Assembly (NCBI GenBank): GCA_030426325.1
Contig: JAUHYO010000001.1
Span: 1-39,049 of the forward strand
Origin: Gammaproteobacteria bacterium
GTDB taxonomy: Bacteria; Pseudomonadota; Gammaproteobacteria; Steroidobacterales; Woeseiaceae
Length of the DNA stretch: 39,049 nucleotides
Direction of reading: 5' to 3'
Under the pieces are notes generated by a model. It did not search any database. It had not been told where the DNA came from and saw only the letters and a list, made by a program, of their open reading frames with translations. Shown here piece by piece: positions 25,255 through 33,549 of the stretch. A program made the translations under genes and the position numbers. Each line of letters starts with the position of its first letter. Within the stretch, counting starts at the first letter, position 1.

Positions 25255-26346
25255 ATGAACGACCCGCAAACACGTTTCCACGCCATCGATCATCTTCGCG
25301 CGACGATGATTTCCATCGTGATGTTCGGGCATGCGCTGTTGCCCTACACCACGATTCCGCGGTCGTTCAAGGATCCGCAAACCCACGTCGGCTTTGACGT
25401 TGCGGCGATCTTTCTGTACGGATTCGCGATGCCGCTGTTTTTCGTTACGGCCGGTTTTTCGACCGCGCTGATCGTTGACCGGAAAGGCGCCAGTGGGCTG
25501 TGGCGGAACCGCTTCCGGCGCATTCTTATCCCTTTGATCATCGCCTACTTCGTGTTAACGCCAGCGACGCGCGTCGCCTACCGGTTTGCGACAAATGCGG
25601 CATCATCCGGTTCATTGCAGGCCGGGATCGACGCGGTGCAGCTTGCCGACTGGTTTCACTGGGGCAAGGCTTATCACCTGTGGTTCCTGGTCTCCCTGCT
25701 GATTTATTCTGTCCTGGCCATCGGCATGCTGCGATTCGCGGGCGACCGTCTGGCCGGCGCCGTACCCACATCCCGGCGTCTGCTCGCAAGTCGATGGCGC
25801 GCAGCACTCCTCGCACTTGCGGTTTCCGTGATGATGGTGCCGGCCTATATCGTCTACGGCAGCGACGCGACAACGCTACCCATGCAGCTTGCCCTGTTCG
25901 GTTTCTTCCTGTTTGGCGGGCTGCTCTACCTGCACCGTGATTTACTGCCGGCCCTGCAAAGCAAAACCTGGCAACCCATTGCAGTTGCCATCGCCGTACT
26001 CCCACTTGCCGTTTGGTCGACACGCGAACGGCTAATGAACCCCGACGACATACAACTCGCCATTGGTTTTGTCGCCGGTGTAAGCAACAGCGTACTCGCC
26101 GCATTCATGTCGTTTGGCTTACTGGGGATTTACCAGGCGCAGCTCAATACGCAATCGCTATTCGGGCGCTACATCAGTGACGCGTCGTACTGGATATTCC
26201 TGATCCATTTTCCGCTGGTCATCGCGGTCGCCGGGGCTCTTTCCGTGCTGCCATACTCCGCATTGCAGAAATACCTGCTGACGCTCGCCGTCGTAGTCCC
26301 GATCGTATTTTCGACCTACCACTATCTCGTTCGGCGTCGAACCTGA
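25255..26346 (+). CDS. Acyltransferase family 3 (OpgC/OafA-like) integral membrane protein
   Basis: FHAIDHLRATMISIVMFGHALLPY is the N-terminal His-containing motif of acyltransferase_3, followed by about 10 TM spans. Confidence 0.85.
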   Translation: MNDPQTRFHAIDHLRATMISIVMFGHALLPYTTIPRSFKDPQTHVGFDVAAIFLYGFAMPLFFVTAGFSTALIVDRKGASGLWRNRFRRILIPLIIAYFVLTPATRVAYRFATNAASSGSLQAGIDAVQLADWFHWGKAYHLWFLVSLLIYSVLAIGMLRFAGDRLAGAVPTSRRLLASRWRAALLALAVSVMMVPAYIVYGSDATTLPMQLALFGFFLFGGLLYLHRDLLPALQSKTWQPIAVAIAVLPLAVWSTRERLMNPDDIQLAIGFVAGVSNSVLAAFMSFGLLGIYQAQLNTQSLFGRYISDASYWIFLIHFPLVIAVAGALSVLPYSALQKYLLTLAVVVPIVFSTYHYLVRRRT

Positions 26347-29300
26347 CTACTCGAACTCGACTAGCAAGTCCTTCGCGTCGAACTGGCTGCCAATCTTCGC
26401 CAGCACGCGTTTAACCGTTGCGTCCCGCTCGGCCGTGATCGATGTTTCCATTTTCATGGCCTCTATCGTCAGCAATGTATCGCCGCGCTTCACTGACTGG
26501 CCCGCCTCAACAGCGATCGTCGAGATAACGCCGGGCATCGGCGCCCCGACGTGGTTCGGGTTGGCGCTGTCGGCCCGTTCGTTCTCAACATGCGCCGACT
26601 GTGAGCTGGTATCCCGGATCAGCACGGAACTCGGCTGACCGTTGATCTGGAAGAAAACACGCCGGTAGCCGCGCTCGCCCACATCGCCAGTTGTCAGGTA
26701 GTGAATCACGACCTCGCGACCGTCATCCATCGTTGCGACGACTTCTTCTTCGGGCTCCATGCCATAGAAATACACGTGTGTCGGCAGGATGCTGACATCG
26801 CCAAACTCATCGCGGTGGCGGCGAAAGTCGCTGAAGACTTTCGGGTACATCAGGTAGGACGCAAGATCGTAGTCGCTGATCGGATGCTCCTGGCCTTCGG
26901 CGAGTTCGCGCCGCGCGGCGTCAAGATCCACCGGTTCGAGCAAAGACCCGGGGCGTACCGTGATCGGTTTACGCGTCTTGAGCACTTTCATCTGCAGCGC
27001 CTCCGGAAAACCACCCGGTGGCTGGCCAAGTTCCCCGGCGAACAGCGAAACGACCGACTCGGGAAACGTGATGTCGGTATTGGGGTCCAGCACCTGTTCG
27101 ATACTGGTATCAGAGGTCACCATCATCAGCGCCATGTCGCCGACCACTTTCGACGACGGCGTTACCTTGACGATGTCACCAAACGCCATGTTGACGTCTG
27201 CATAAGCACGCGCAACTTCATGCCAGCGCTCCGCAAGCCCGAGTGACGCGGCCTGCTCCTTGAGATTCGTGAACTGCCCGCCAGGCATTTCGTGCAGATA
27301 AACTTCCGACGCACCGGAACGTATGTCCGGCTCGAACGCCGCATACTGTTCACGCACCTGTTCCCAGTAGTCACTGATCAGCCGCACGCTCGACAGGTCA
27401 ATACCGGGGTCGCTTTCACCATTCTTGAGCGCCGCGACAATGGAACCGAGGCAGGGTTGTGAGGTCAGGCCGCTCATTGAATCCATCGCCGCATCAAACG
27501 CGTCGACACCTTCGTCGACCGCCGCCAACACGGTTGCCGCCGCAGCACCACTGGTGTCGTGCGTGTGCAAATGGATAGGGAGACCAACCTCCTGCCGGAG
27601 TTCGCGAATCAGTATGCGCGCGGCTGCCGGCTTGAGCAGCCCGGCCATGTCCTTGATACCTAATACATGCGCACCGGCTGCTTCAAGTTCTTTCGCCAGC
27701 TCAACGTAATAGCGCAGGTTGTACTTCTCTCGACTCGGATCGAGGATGTCACCGGTGTAGCAAATGGCCGCTTCGGCGATCTTGCCGGTCTCGCACACAG
27801 CATCAATCGCGGCACGCATGTTCTCCGTCCAGTTGAGGCAGTCGAAAATGCGAAATACGTCGACGCCCGCTTGGGCCGATTGCTGCACGAAAAAGCGCAC
27901 AACATTATCCGGATAATTCTTGTAGCCAACACCGTTCGACGCTCGCAATAACATTTGCTGCATCAGATTCGGCATCGCTTCAGAAAGGTCCGCGAGTCTT
28001 TGCCACGGATCTTCATTCAGGAATCGCATCGACACATCGAAGGTGGCACCACCCCAGGATTCCACCGAAAACAATTGCGGCATCAGTTGCGCGTAGTGCG
28101 GCGCAATGCCCAGCATGTCGATTGTTCGCATGCGCGTGGCCATCAGCGACTGGTGCGCATCGCGGAACGTCGTGTCGGTTATCAACGGAACCTTGCTGTC
28201 CAGCATGTGCCTGGCAACAGCTTCAGGTCCTTCAGAATCCAGAATCTGTCGCACGCCCTTAGCCGGTGTTTTGATATCGATGGGTGGTGCTATCGGCTTT
28301 CGCAACAGTTTCGGCCGGCTGCGCCCCGCGACCTGTGAATTGCCGTTAACGATGACGTTGCCGATGAATTCCAGTAACTGCGCGCCGTGACTTTGATCGG
28401 GCGGCAACTCCAGCAACTCCGGGGTTTCGTCGACAAAGCGCGTGTTGTAGTCGCCGTTCGTGAAACGCGAATTCGAAATCAGCGCCGTCAGGAACGCGAG
28501 ATTCGTTTCGACGCCGCGCACGCGGAACTCGCTGAGCCCGCGCAACATGCGGTCCGTTGCTTCCGCTTCCGAAACACCCAGCGCCGTAATCTTGACCAGC
28601 AGACTGTCGTAATGCCGGCCGATCACCGCGCCGGAGTACGCCGTGCCGGCATCGAGGCGAATACCCGGGCCGGCCGGGCTGCGATAAGCAACAATGTGGC
28701 CGTAATCCGGTATGAAACTGTTACGTGGATCCTCGGTCGTCACGCGGCACTGGATCGCAGCGCCACGCATCTTGATGTCTTCCTGGGCCGGTATACCGGA
28801 CGATTTCATATCACCGATTTTCCCGCCGGCGGCGATACGAATTTGCGACTTGACGAGATCAAGCCCGGTAATCTGCTCGGTCACCGTGTGCTCGACCTGG
28901 ATACGCGGGTTGACTTCGATGAAATAGAACTCACCCGTGTCGATATCCTGCAGGAACTCAACCGTGCCCGCGTTGCAGTACTGAACTGATTCCGCAAGCC
29001 GCACAGCGGCGCCCGTGATTTCGTCACGTTGCGTCTGCGACAGGTAGGGCGCCGGTGCGCGTTCGACAATTTTCTGGTGCCGACGCTGCACCGTGCAGTC
29101 GCGTTCGAACAGGTGCACGACCTGGCCGTGTGAATCACCGATGATCTGCACTTCGACATGGCGGGCATTGCGCACGAGCTTCTCGAGATAGACCTCGTCG
29201 TTGCCGAATGCCGCCTTGGCTTCGCGGCGTGCTGCAGCAACCTGGTCCAGCAGACCAGCCTCTTCTTCGATGACGCGCATGCCGCGCCCACCACCGCCCC

Positions 29301-29784
29301 AACTCGCCTTGAGCATGAGCGGAAAGCCAATCTCGTTGGCAAGCGCGATGATTTTCTTGCCATCTTGCGGCAACGGCTTCGTTGCCGGCATCACCGGCAC
29401 TCCAGCCTCGATCGCAATGGCCCGCGCTTCGACCTTGTTACCCAGTCGACTCATGGTTTCAGGCGTCGGCCCGATGAAGGTGATGCCCGACGCCGCACAC
29501 AGGCGCGCGAACTCCGGGTTCTCCGAGAGCAGGCCGTAGCCGGGATGCACCGCGTCCGCGCCCGATTCTTTGGCGATCCGGATGATGTCTTCCATATCCA
29601 GGTAGGCATCGATCGGCTTCTTGCCCGCGCCGACCTGGTAAGACTCAGGCGTACTAAAACGGTGCAGGGTCAGGCGATCCTCGGCGGAATAAATGCCGAC
29701 AGACGGAATTTGCAGCTCGCGGGCCGCGCGAAACACGCGGATCGCAATCTCGCTGCGATTGGCAATGAGAATCTTGTTAAACAT
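26347..29784 (-). CDS. pyc: Pyruvate carboxylase, single-chain (biotin carboxylase + carboxyltransferase + BCCP)
   Basis: MFNKILIANRSEIAIRVFRAAREL is a biotin carboxylase N-terminus. The central part is a TIM-barrel carboxyltransferase (HTHDTSG). The C-terminus carries the biotinyl motif EAMKMET. I trimmed to ATG 29784, giving 1145 aa. Confidence 0.95.
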   Translation of the reverse strand: MFNKILIANRSEIAIRVFRAARELQIPSVGIYSAEDRLTLHRFSTPESYQVGAGKKPIDAYLDMEDIIRIAKESGADAVHPGYGLLSENPEFARLCAASGITFIGPTPETMSRLGNKVEARAIAIEAGVPVMPATKPLPQDGKKIIALANEIGFPLMLKASWGGGGRGMRVIEEEAGLLDQVAAARREAKAAFGNDEVYLEKLVRNARHVEVQIIGDSHGQVVHLFERDCTVQRRHQKIVERAPAPYLSQTQRDEITGAAVRLAESVQYCNAGTVEFLQDIDTGEFYFIEVNPRIQVEHTVTEQITGLDLVKSQIRIAAGGKIGDMKSSGIPAQEDIKMRGAAIQCRVTTEDPRNSFIPDYGHIVAYRSPAGPGIRLDAGTAYSGAVIGRHYDSLLVKITALGVSEAEATDRMLRGLSEFRVRGVETNLAFLTALISNSRFTNGDYNTRFVDETPELLELPPDQSHGAQLLEFIGNVIVNGNSQVAGRSRPKLLRKPIAPPIDIKTPAKGVRQILDSEGPEAVARHMLDSKVPLITDTTFRDAHQSLMATRMRTIDMLGIAPHYAQLMPQLFSVESWGGATFDVSMRFLNEDPWQRLADLSEAMPNLMQQMLLRASNGVGYKNYPDNVVRFFVQQSAQAGVDVFRIFDCLNWTENMRAAIDAVCETGKIAEAAICYTGDILDPSREKYNLRYYVELAKELEAAGAHVLGIKDMAGLLKPAAARILIRELRQEVGLPIHLHTHDTSGAAAATVLAAVDEGVDAFDAAMDSMSGLTSQPCLGSIVAALKNGESDPGIDLSSVRLISDYWEQVREQYAAFEPDIRSGASEVYLHEMPGGQFTNLKEQAASLGLAERWHEVARAYADVNMAFGDIVKVTPSSKVVGDMALMMVTSDTSIEQVLDPNTDITFPESVVSLFAGELGQPPGGFPEALQMKVLKTRKPITVRPGSLLEPVDLDAARRELAEGQEHPISDYDLASYLMYPKVFSDFRRHRDEFGDVSILPTHVYFYGMEPEEEVVATMDDGREVVIHYLTTGDVGERGYRRVFFQINGQPSSVLIRDTSSQSAHVENERADSANPNHVGAPMPGVISTIAVEAGQSVKRGDTLLTIEAMKMETSITAERDATVKRVLAKIGSQFDAKDLLVEFE

Positions 29785-30033
29785 TGATTTTATGCGAGAT
29801 CTGGCAGCTACAGCCGAGACGGCGGGCATTGTTGCCCTAGCTGCTGTTAATACAGAGTGCCAGATTCACCAGCGCGTACAACAGTTACGTTTGAGATAGT
29901 TTTTCCCGCAAGGCTGGTTGACGAGATGTGAAAATAACGTATCGACCTGAAATAGTGGTTGTCTGGCAGCGAATGGTCGTCGCGCGTTATCCTCTCGGTA
30001 CAAAATCAAACCCAAGCAGGACCCAATCACCGA

Positions 30034-31890
30034 ATGGAAGCGCTCCCAACCCTCAACGCCGAGATGATTCTCGTCATGTTCGTCATGTTGATGGCGATCG
30101 GGATGTTCGTATTTGATGTTTTTCGTGTCGATGTAACGGCACTGCTCGTGATGACCTTCCTGGGGCTTGCATCGGCACTGCCCTGGTTCGAGCACCTGCC
30201 GGGACGCGATATCCTGTTCGCCGGCCTCGCGAGTAGCGCGGTTGTCTCAATCATCGCGATCATGATCATGGGGCGCGGGCTCGACAAGGCGGGTGTCATG
30301 GACCAGATTGCCTGGTCGATACTGCGGTTCGGCGGTCGCACGGAACCACGGGTGATCGCGGCGAGTTCGACGGTGGTTGCCGGTCTGTCGTCGTTCATGC
30401 AGAACATCGGGGCAGCGGCATTATTTATCCCCGTTATCTCGCGCATTTCCGACAAGACCGGGCTGGCCCTGTCCCGCCTGCTAATGCCGATGGGCTTTTG
30501 TGCCATTCTCGGCGGCACGATGACCATGGTCGCGTCCAGCCCGTTGATCATGCTCAACGACCTGATCGAAAGCGCCAACGAGTCGCTGTCGCCGGACGGA
30601 CACATTGCAACGTTCGATCTCTTCGATGTGACCCCGGTCGGGCTTGCCCTGGTTGCTTGCGGGCTCGTGTACTTCCTGACACTGGGCCGATCGCTGCTGC
30701 CGGCGCACAAAAAGGATACTGTTGTACGCGGCGCCGGCACGGTGCGCTATATGCGCAAGCTCCACGGCGTGGATGCCGCGGTGCGTGAGGTCCAGGTCCC
30801 GGCGGACAGCCCGCTCGTCGGTCGCGATATTCGATCGCTCCAGAACGAGTTTGAAGTTCGTGTCGTCGCCACCAAGTACGCCGACAAGGTGCTGGTTTCA
30901 CCGCGCGTGTCAGTGGAGATTGCGGCGCCGTCCTCGCTCGCAATCATCGCGCAACCGCAGAACCTGCGCCGCTTCGTCACCGCCGGCAAGCTCCGCTTAC
31001 TGCCCAAGCTCAAAGAATTCCGATACTTGCTGGCTCGCTCGATCGCCGGCATCGCCGAGCTGGTTATCCCACCGGAATCCGGTCTCATCGGCCATTCTGT
31101 CCGGGAACTGAATATCCGGCGCGTCTACGGCATCAGCCTGTTGTCGATTGTTCGCCAGGGCAAACCGCTGCTCTCGCACTTCTATGACATGCCGTTCGAA
31201 GCCGGCGACACGCTGGTCGTACACACGGCCTGGTCGGATCTCGCCTTGCTGGAAAACAATCGCAACTTTGTCGTTGTAACGAGTAACTACCCACGGGAGC
31301 CGCACTACCCCCACAAGATCTACCTCGCCCTGGCGTTTTTCTCCATCGCGATCGGGCTGGTCATTTTTTCCAATCTCTACCTGCCGGTGGCATTGATGGT
31401 CGGCGCCATTGGCATGGTTGTCTCGGGTGTTTTGACGATTGACGAGGCGTACGGCGCCGTCAGCTGGCAAACGGTATTCCTGCTGGCCGGTTTGCTGCCG
31501 CTGGGCCACGCCGTCGCGACGACTGGCGTAGCCGACTACATTGCGCAATCGCTGGTATTACTGGCAGGCGAACCGCCCGCTTGGGTATTGCAGATCATCA
31601 TGGCGATGCTGGCGACGGCCTTCACTCTGATCATGTCCAATGTCGGTGCCACCGTTATCCTGGTTCCGGTCGCCATCAGCACGGCCATCGCGTCCGGCGC
31701 CGATCCGGCGGTGTTCGCTTTAACCATCGCGCTGGCAACGTCCAACTCGTTCATTTTGCCAACGCACCCGGTCAACGCGCTGGTCATGGGACCGGGAAGT
31801 TACCGGATCCGCGACTTCATCCGCGTTGGCGGACTCATGACGCTGTTGTTCCTGGTGGTAATGATCACGGTATTGAACCTGATGTTCTGA
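30034..31890 (+). CDS. SLC13/DASS-type anion permease with two central TrkA-C (RCK_C) domains
   Basis: Two TM-rich halves flank a soluble insert that has two RCK_C-like units (VREVQVPADSPLVGRDIRSL and IAELVIPPESGLIGHSVREL). I trimmed to ATG 30034 (MEALPTLNAEMILV). Confidence 0.85.
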   Translation: MEALPTLNAEMILVMFVMLMAIGMFVFDVFRVDVTALLVMTFLGLASALPWFEHLPGRDILFAGLASSAVVSIIAIMIMGRGLDKAGVMDQIAWSILRFGGRTEPRVIAASSTVVAGLSSFMQNIGAAALFIPVISRISDKTGLALSRLLMPMGFCAILGGTMTMVASSPLIMLNDLIESANESLSPDGHIATFDLFDVTPVGLALVACGLVYFLTLGRSLLPAHKKDTVVRGAGTVRYMRKLHGVDAAVREVQVPADSPLVGRDIRSLQNEFEVRVVATKYADKVLVSPRVSVEIAAPSSLAIIAQPQNLRRFVTAGKLRLLPKLKEFRYLLARSIAGIAELVIPPESGLIGHSVRELNIRRVYGISLLSIVRQGKPLLSHFYDMPFEAGDTLVVHTAWSDLALLENNRNFVVVTSNYPREPHYPHKIYLALAFFSIAIGLVIFSNLYLPVALMVGAIGMVVSGVLTIDEAYGAVSWQTVFLLAGLLPLGHAVATTGVADYIAQSLVLLAGEPPAWVLQIIMAMLATAFTLIMSNVGATVILVPVAISTAIASGADPAVFALTIALATSNSFILPTHPVNALVMGPGSYRIRDFIRVGGLMTLLFLVVMITVLNLMF

Positions 31891-31911
31891 TACTCGTTTC
31901 GCATATTGGCC

Positions 31912-31929
31912 ATCGTCGTGGCCGACGAT
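31912..31929. terminator. Short hairpin ATCGTCG-TGGC-CGACGAT between convergent genes
   Basis: Perfect 7-bp stem with a 4-nt loop in the 43-nt gap between the transporter stop (31890) and the kdgK stop (31934). There is no clear U-tract. Confidence 0.3.
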
Positions 31930-31933
31930 CGAC

Positions 31934-32878
31934 TCAGAATTGCATCGCGTCACGCGGAATAATCGCGCCGCGATGCTGCACGACCAGTGCGGCGAGCTTG
32001 CTGCCGTTTTCCGCCGCATCTTCAGGGCTGTCACCGCGAATCCGGGCTGCGAGGTAGCCAGCGTTGAAGGAGTCACCGGCGGCCGTCGTGTCCACGACCT
32101 CTTCGACAAAAAGCGGCGGCACATGCACTACGGAAGAACCGTCGGCAACGAGGCTGCATTCACTGCCTTTCTTGAGCACGATTTCGCGGATACCCCAGGC
32201 ACGCAGTCGCTCGATCACCGCGTCTTCGGAATCGTCGTCGAATAACTGCCGATCATCGTCGGCGCTGGGAAGCGCGATATCGGTGATGCGGTACATCGAC
32301 TCGAACGCTGTTCGTGCTTCCGCAATATCGGGCCAGCTACGACGGCGAAAATTATTATCGAAGATGACCTTGCCGCCATTCTCGCGATACGCCGTGAGAA
32401 ACCGGAACAAGTGCCCGCGCGCTTCCTCGTGGTACAGCGACAGGGTTATACCGGAAAAATACAGGCTCTCGAACTCGCCCAGCTGTTCGAATACCTCTGA
32501 ACGTCGCGCGTCGTCGTTGATCAGCCGCCGTGCCGGCGATTCGAGACGCCAGTAGTAGAACGAGCGTTCGCCGTTGTCGTCGACGTTGATCCAGTACATG
32601 CCGGGCAGGCCGCGTTCCTCGCGACGCACCAGGTCGCATCGAACGCCATTGCCGCGCCATTGCTCGACCATCCAGTCGCTCAGCGGGTCGTCACCGAGCA
32701 TCGTGACGTAATCGACGTCGATGCCCTGTCTCGCGAGATAGGTGGCAACGTTCAGCGTGTCACCGCCGTAGCCAATTTGCGCATCGATAGTGGATGTCGA
32801 GTAACCGGCATCAGTGATGTTGGGCCGGAGTTCGATCATGCATTCGCCGATGACGGCGATTTTCTTGCTATTAGCCAT
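31934..32878 (-). CDS. kdgK: 2-dehydro-3-deoxygluconokinase (PfkB-family sugar kinase)
   Basis: IAVIGECMIEL...GYGGDTLNVATYLAR is a PfkB N-terminal motif. The C-terminal VVDTTAAGDSFNAGYLAA is the ribokinase-family anion-hole/catalytic Asp motif. Length 314 aa. Confidence 0.82.
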   Translation of the reverse strand: MANSKKIAVIGECMIELRPNITDAGYSTSTIDAQIGYGGDTLNVATYLARQGIDVDYVTMLGDDPLSDWMVEQWRGNGVRCDLVRREERGLPGMYWINVDDNGERSFYYWRLESPARRLINDDARRSEVFEQLGEFESLYFSGITLSLYHEEARGHLFRFLTAYRENGGKVIFDNNFRRRSWPDIAEARTAFESMYRITDIALPSADDDRQLFDDDSEDAVIERLRAWGIREIVLKKGSECSLVADGSSVVHVPPLFVEEVVDTTAAGDSFNAGYLAARIRGDSPEDAAENGSKLAALVVQHRGAIIPRDAMQF

Positions 32879-32910
32879 GACTCACCGATGTGTTGCAGCG
32901 CGTCAGGCCA

Positions 32911-33486
32911 TTATCGCGCATCCGCGTCCGTGTCGCTGAGCAGTTTCCTGAGCCAGATGCGGGCCAGCTTGAATTCGCGCCGCACGGTGGACTCGGAGAT
33001 GTCGAGCACTTCGCCCATCTCCGGTTGTGTGAGGCCACCGAAGTAATGCAGTTCAAGGACGTTGGCTTTGCGTTCATCCAACTCGCCGAGCCGGTTTAGC
33101 GCCTCATCGAGTGCGAGCACATCTTCCTCGGCATCGTTGCCGCCGTGCATGGCTTCGTGAAGCGTCACGCGCAGTGCGCCACCGCCACGCCGTTGCGCAG
33201 CGCGACTGTTGGCATGATTCACGAGCAGGCGCCGCATCATCCGGGCAGCCAGCGCGAAAAAGTGGCCGCGATCCTGCCATTCGACATCGACGCCGATAAG
33301 TTTTACGTAAGCCTCATTCACCAGCGCCGTGGGTTGAAGCGTATGCGCCGCGTTTTCGCGACTGAACACATTGCGAGCGATATTCTTGAGTTCGTCGTAG
33401 ATCAGCGGTGCCACAGCGTCACGCGCACTATCATCGCCTGTCGACCAGCGGTTCAAGAGTTCTGTGATGCCTTCTTCGGATGCCAT
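32911..33486 (-). CDS. ECF sigma factor, TIGR02999 / Sigma70_ECF type (kinase-associated class)
   Basis: ITELLNRWSTGDDSARDAVAPLIYDELKNIAR...HTLQPTALVNEAYVKL...HFFALAARMMRRLLVNHA is the signature of this subfamily. The sigma-4 block is LELHYFGGLTQPEMGEVLDISESTVRREFKLAR. Confidence 0.9.
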   Translation of the reverse strand: MASEEGITELLNRWSTGDDSARDAVAPLIYDELKNIARNVFSRENAAHTLQPTALVNEAYVKLIGVDVEWQDRGHFFALAARMMRRLLVNHANSRAAQRRGGGALRVTLHEAMHGGNDAEEDVLALDEALNRLGELDERKANVLELHYFGGLTQPEMGEVLDISESTVRREFKLARIWLRKLLSDTDADAR

Positions 33487-33549
33487 GCCGTTAGAGTAGC
33501 AAACACCGGCGTCGACAACCGTAGATCAGGTCACGCGAATTTTCTTGCT

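Noticed and set aside
23110-31548. Numerous 130-240-aa alternative-frame ORFs within ygiQ, the acyltransferase, pyc and the SLC13 gene (for example 23737..24441, 24538..25224, 25538..26104, 26701..27246, 28387..28989, 29158..29787, 30027..30740, 30997..31548)
   Set aside because: All overlap genes with strong family signatures and all show the Arg/His/Gly-rich shadow-frame composition. No independent start or SD support was seen.
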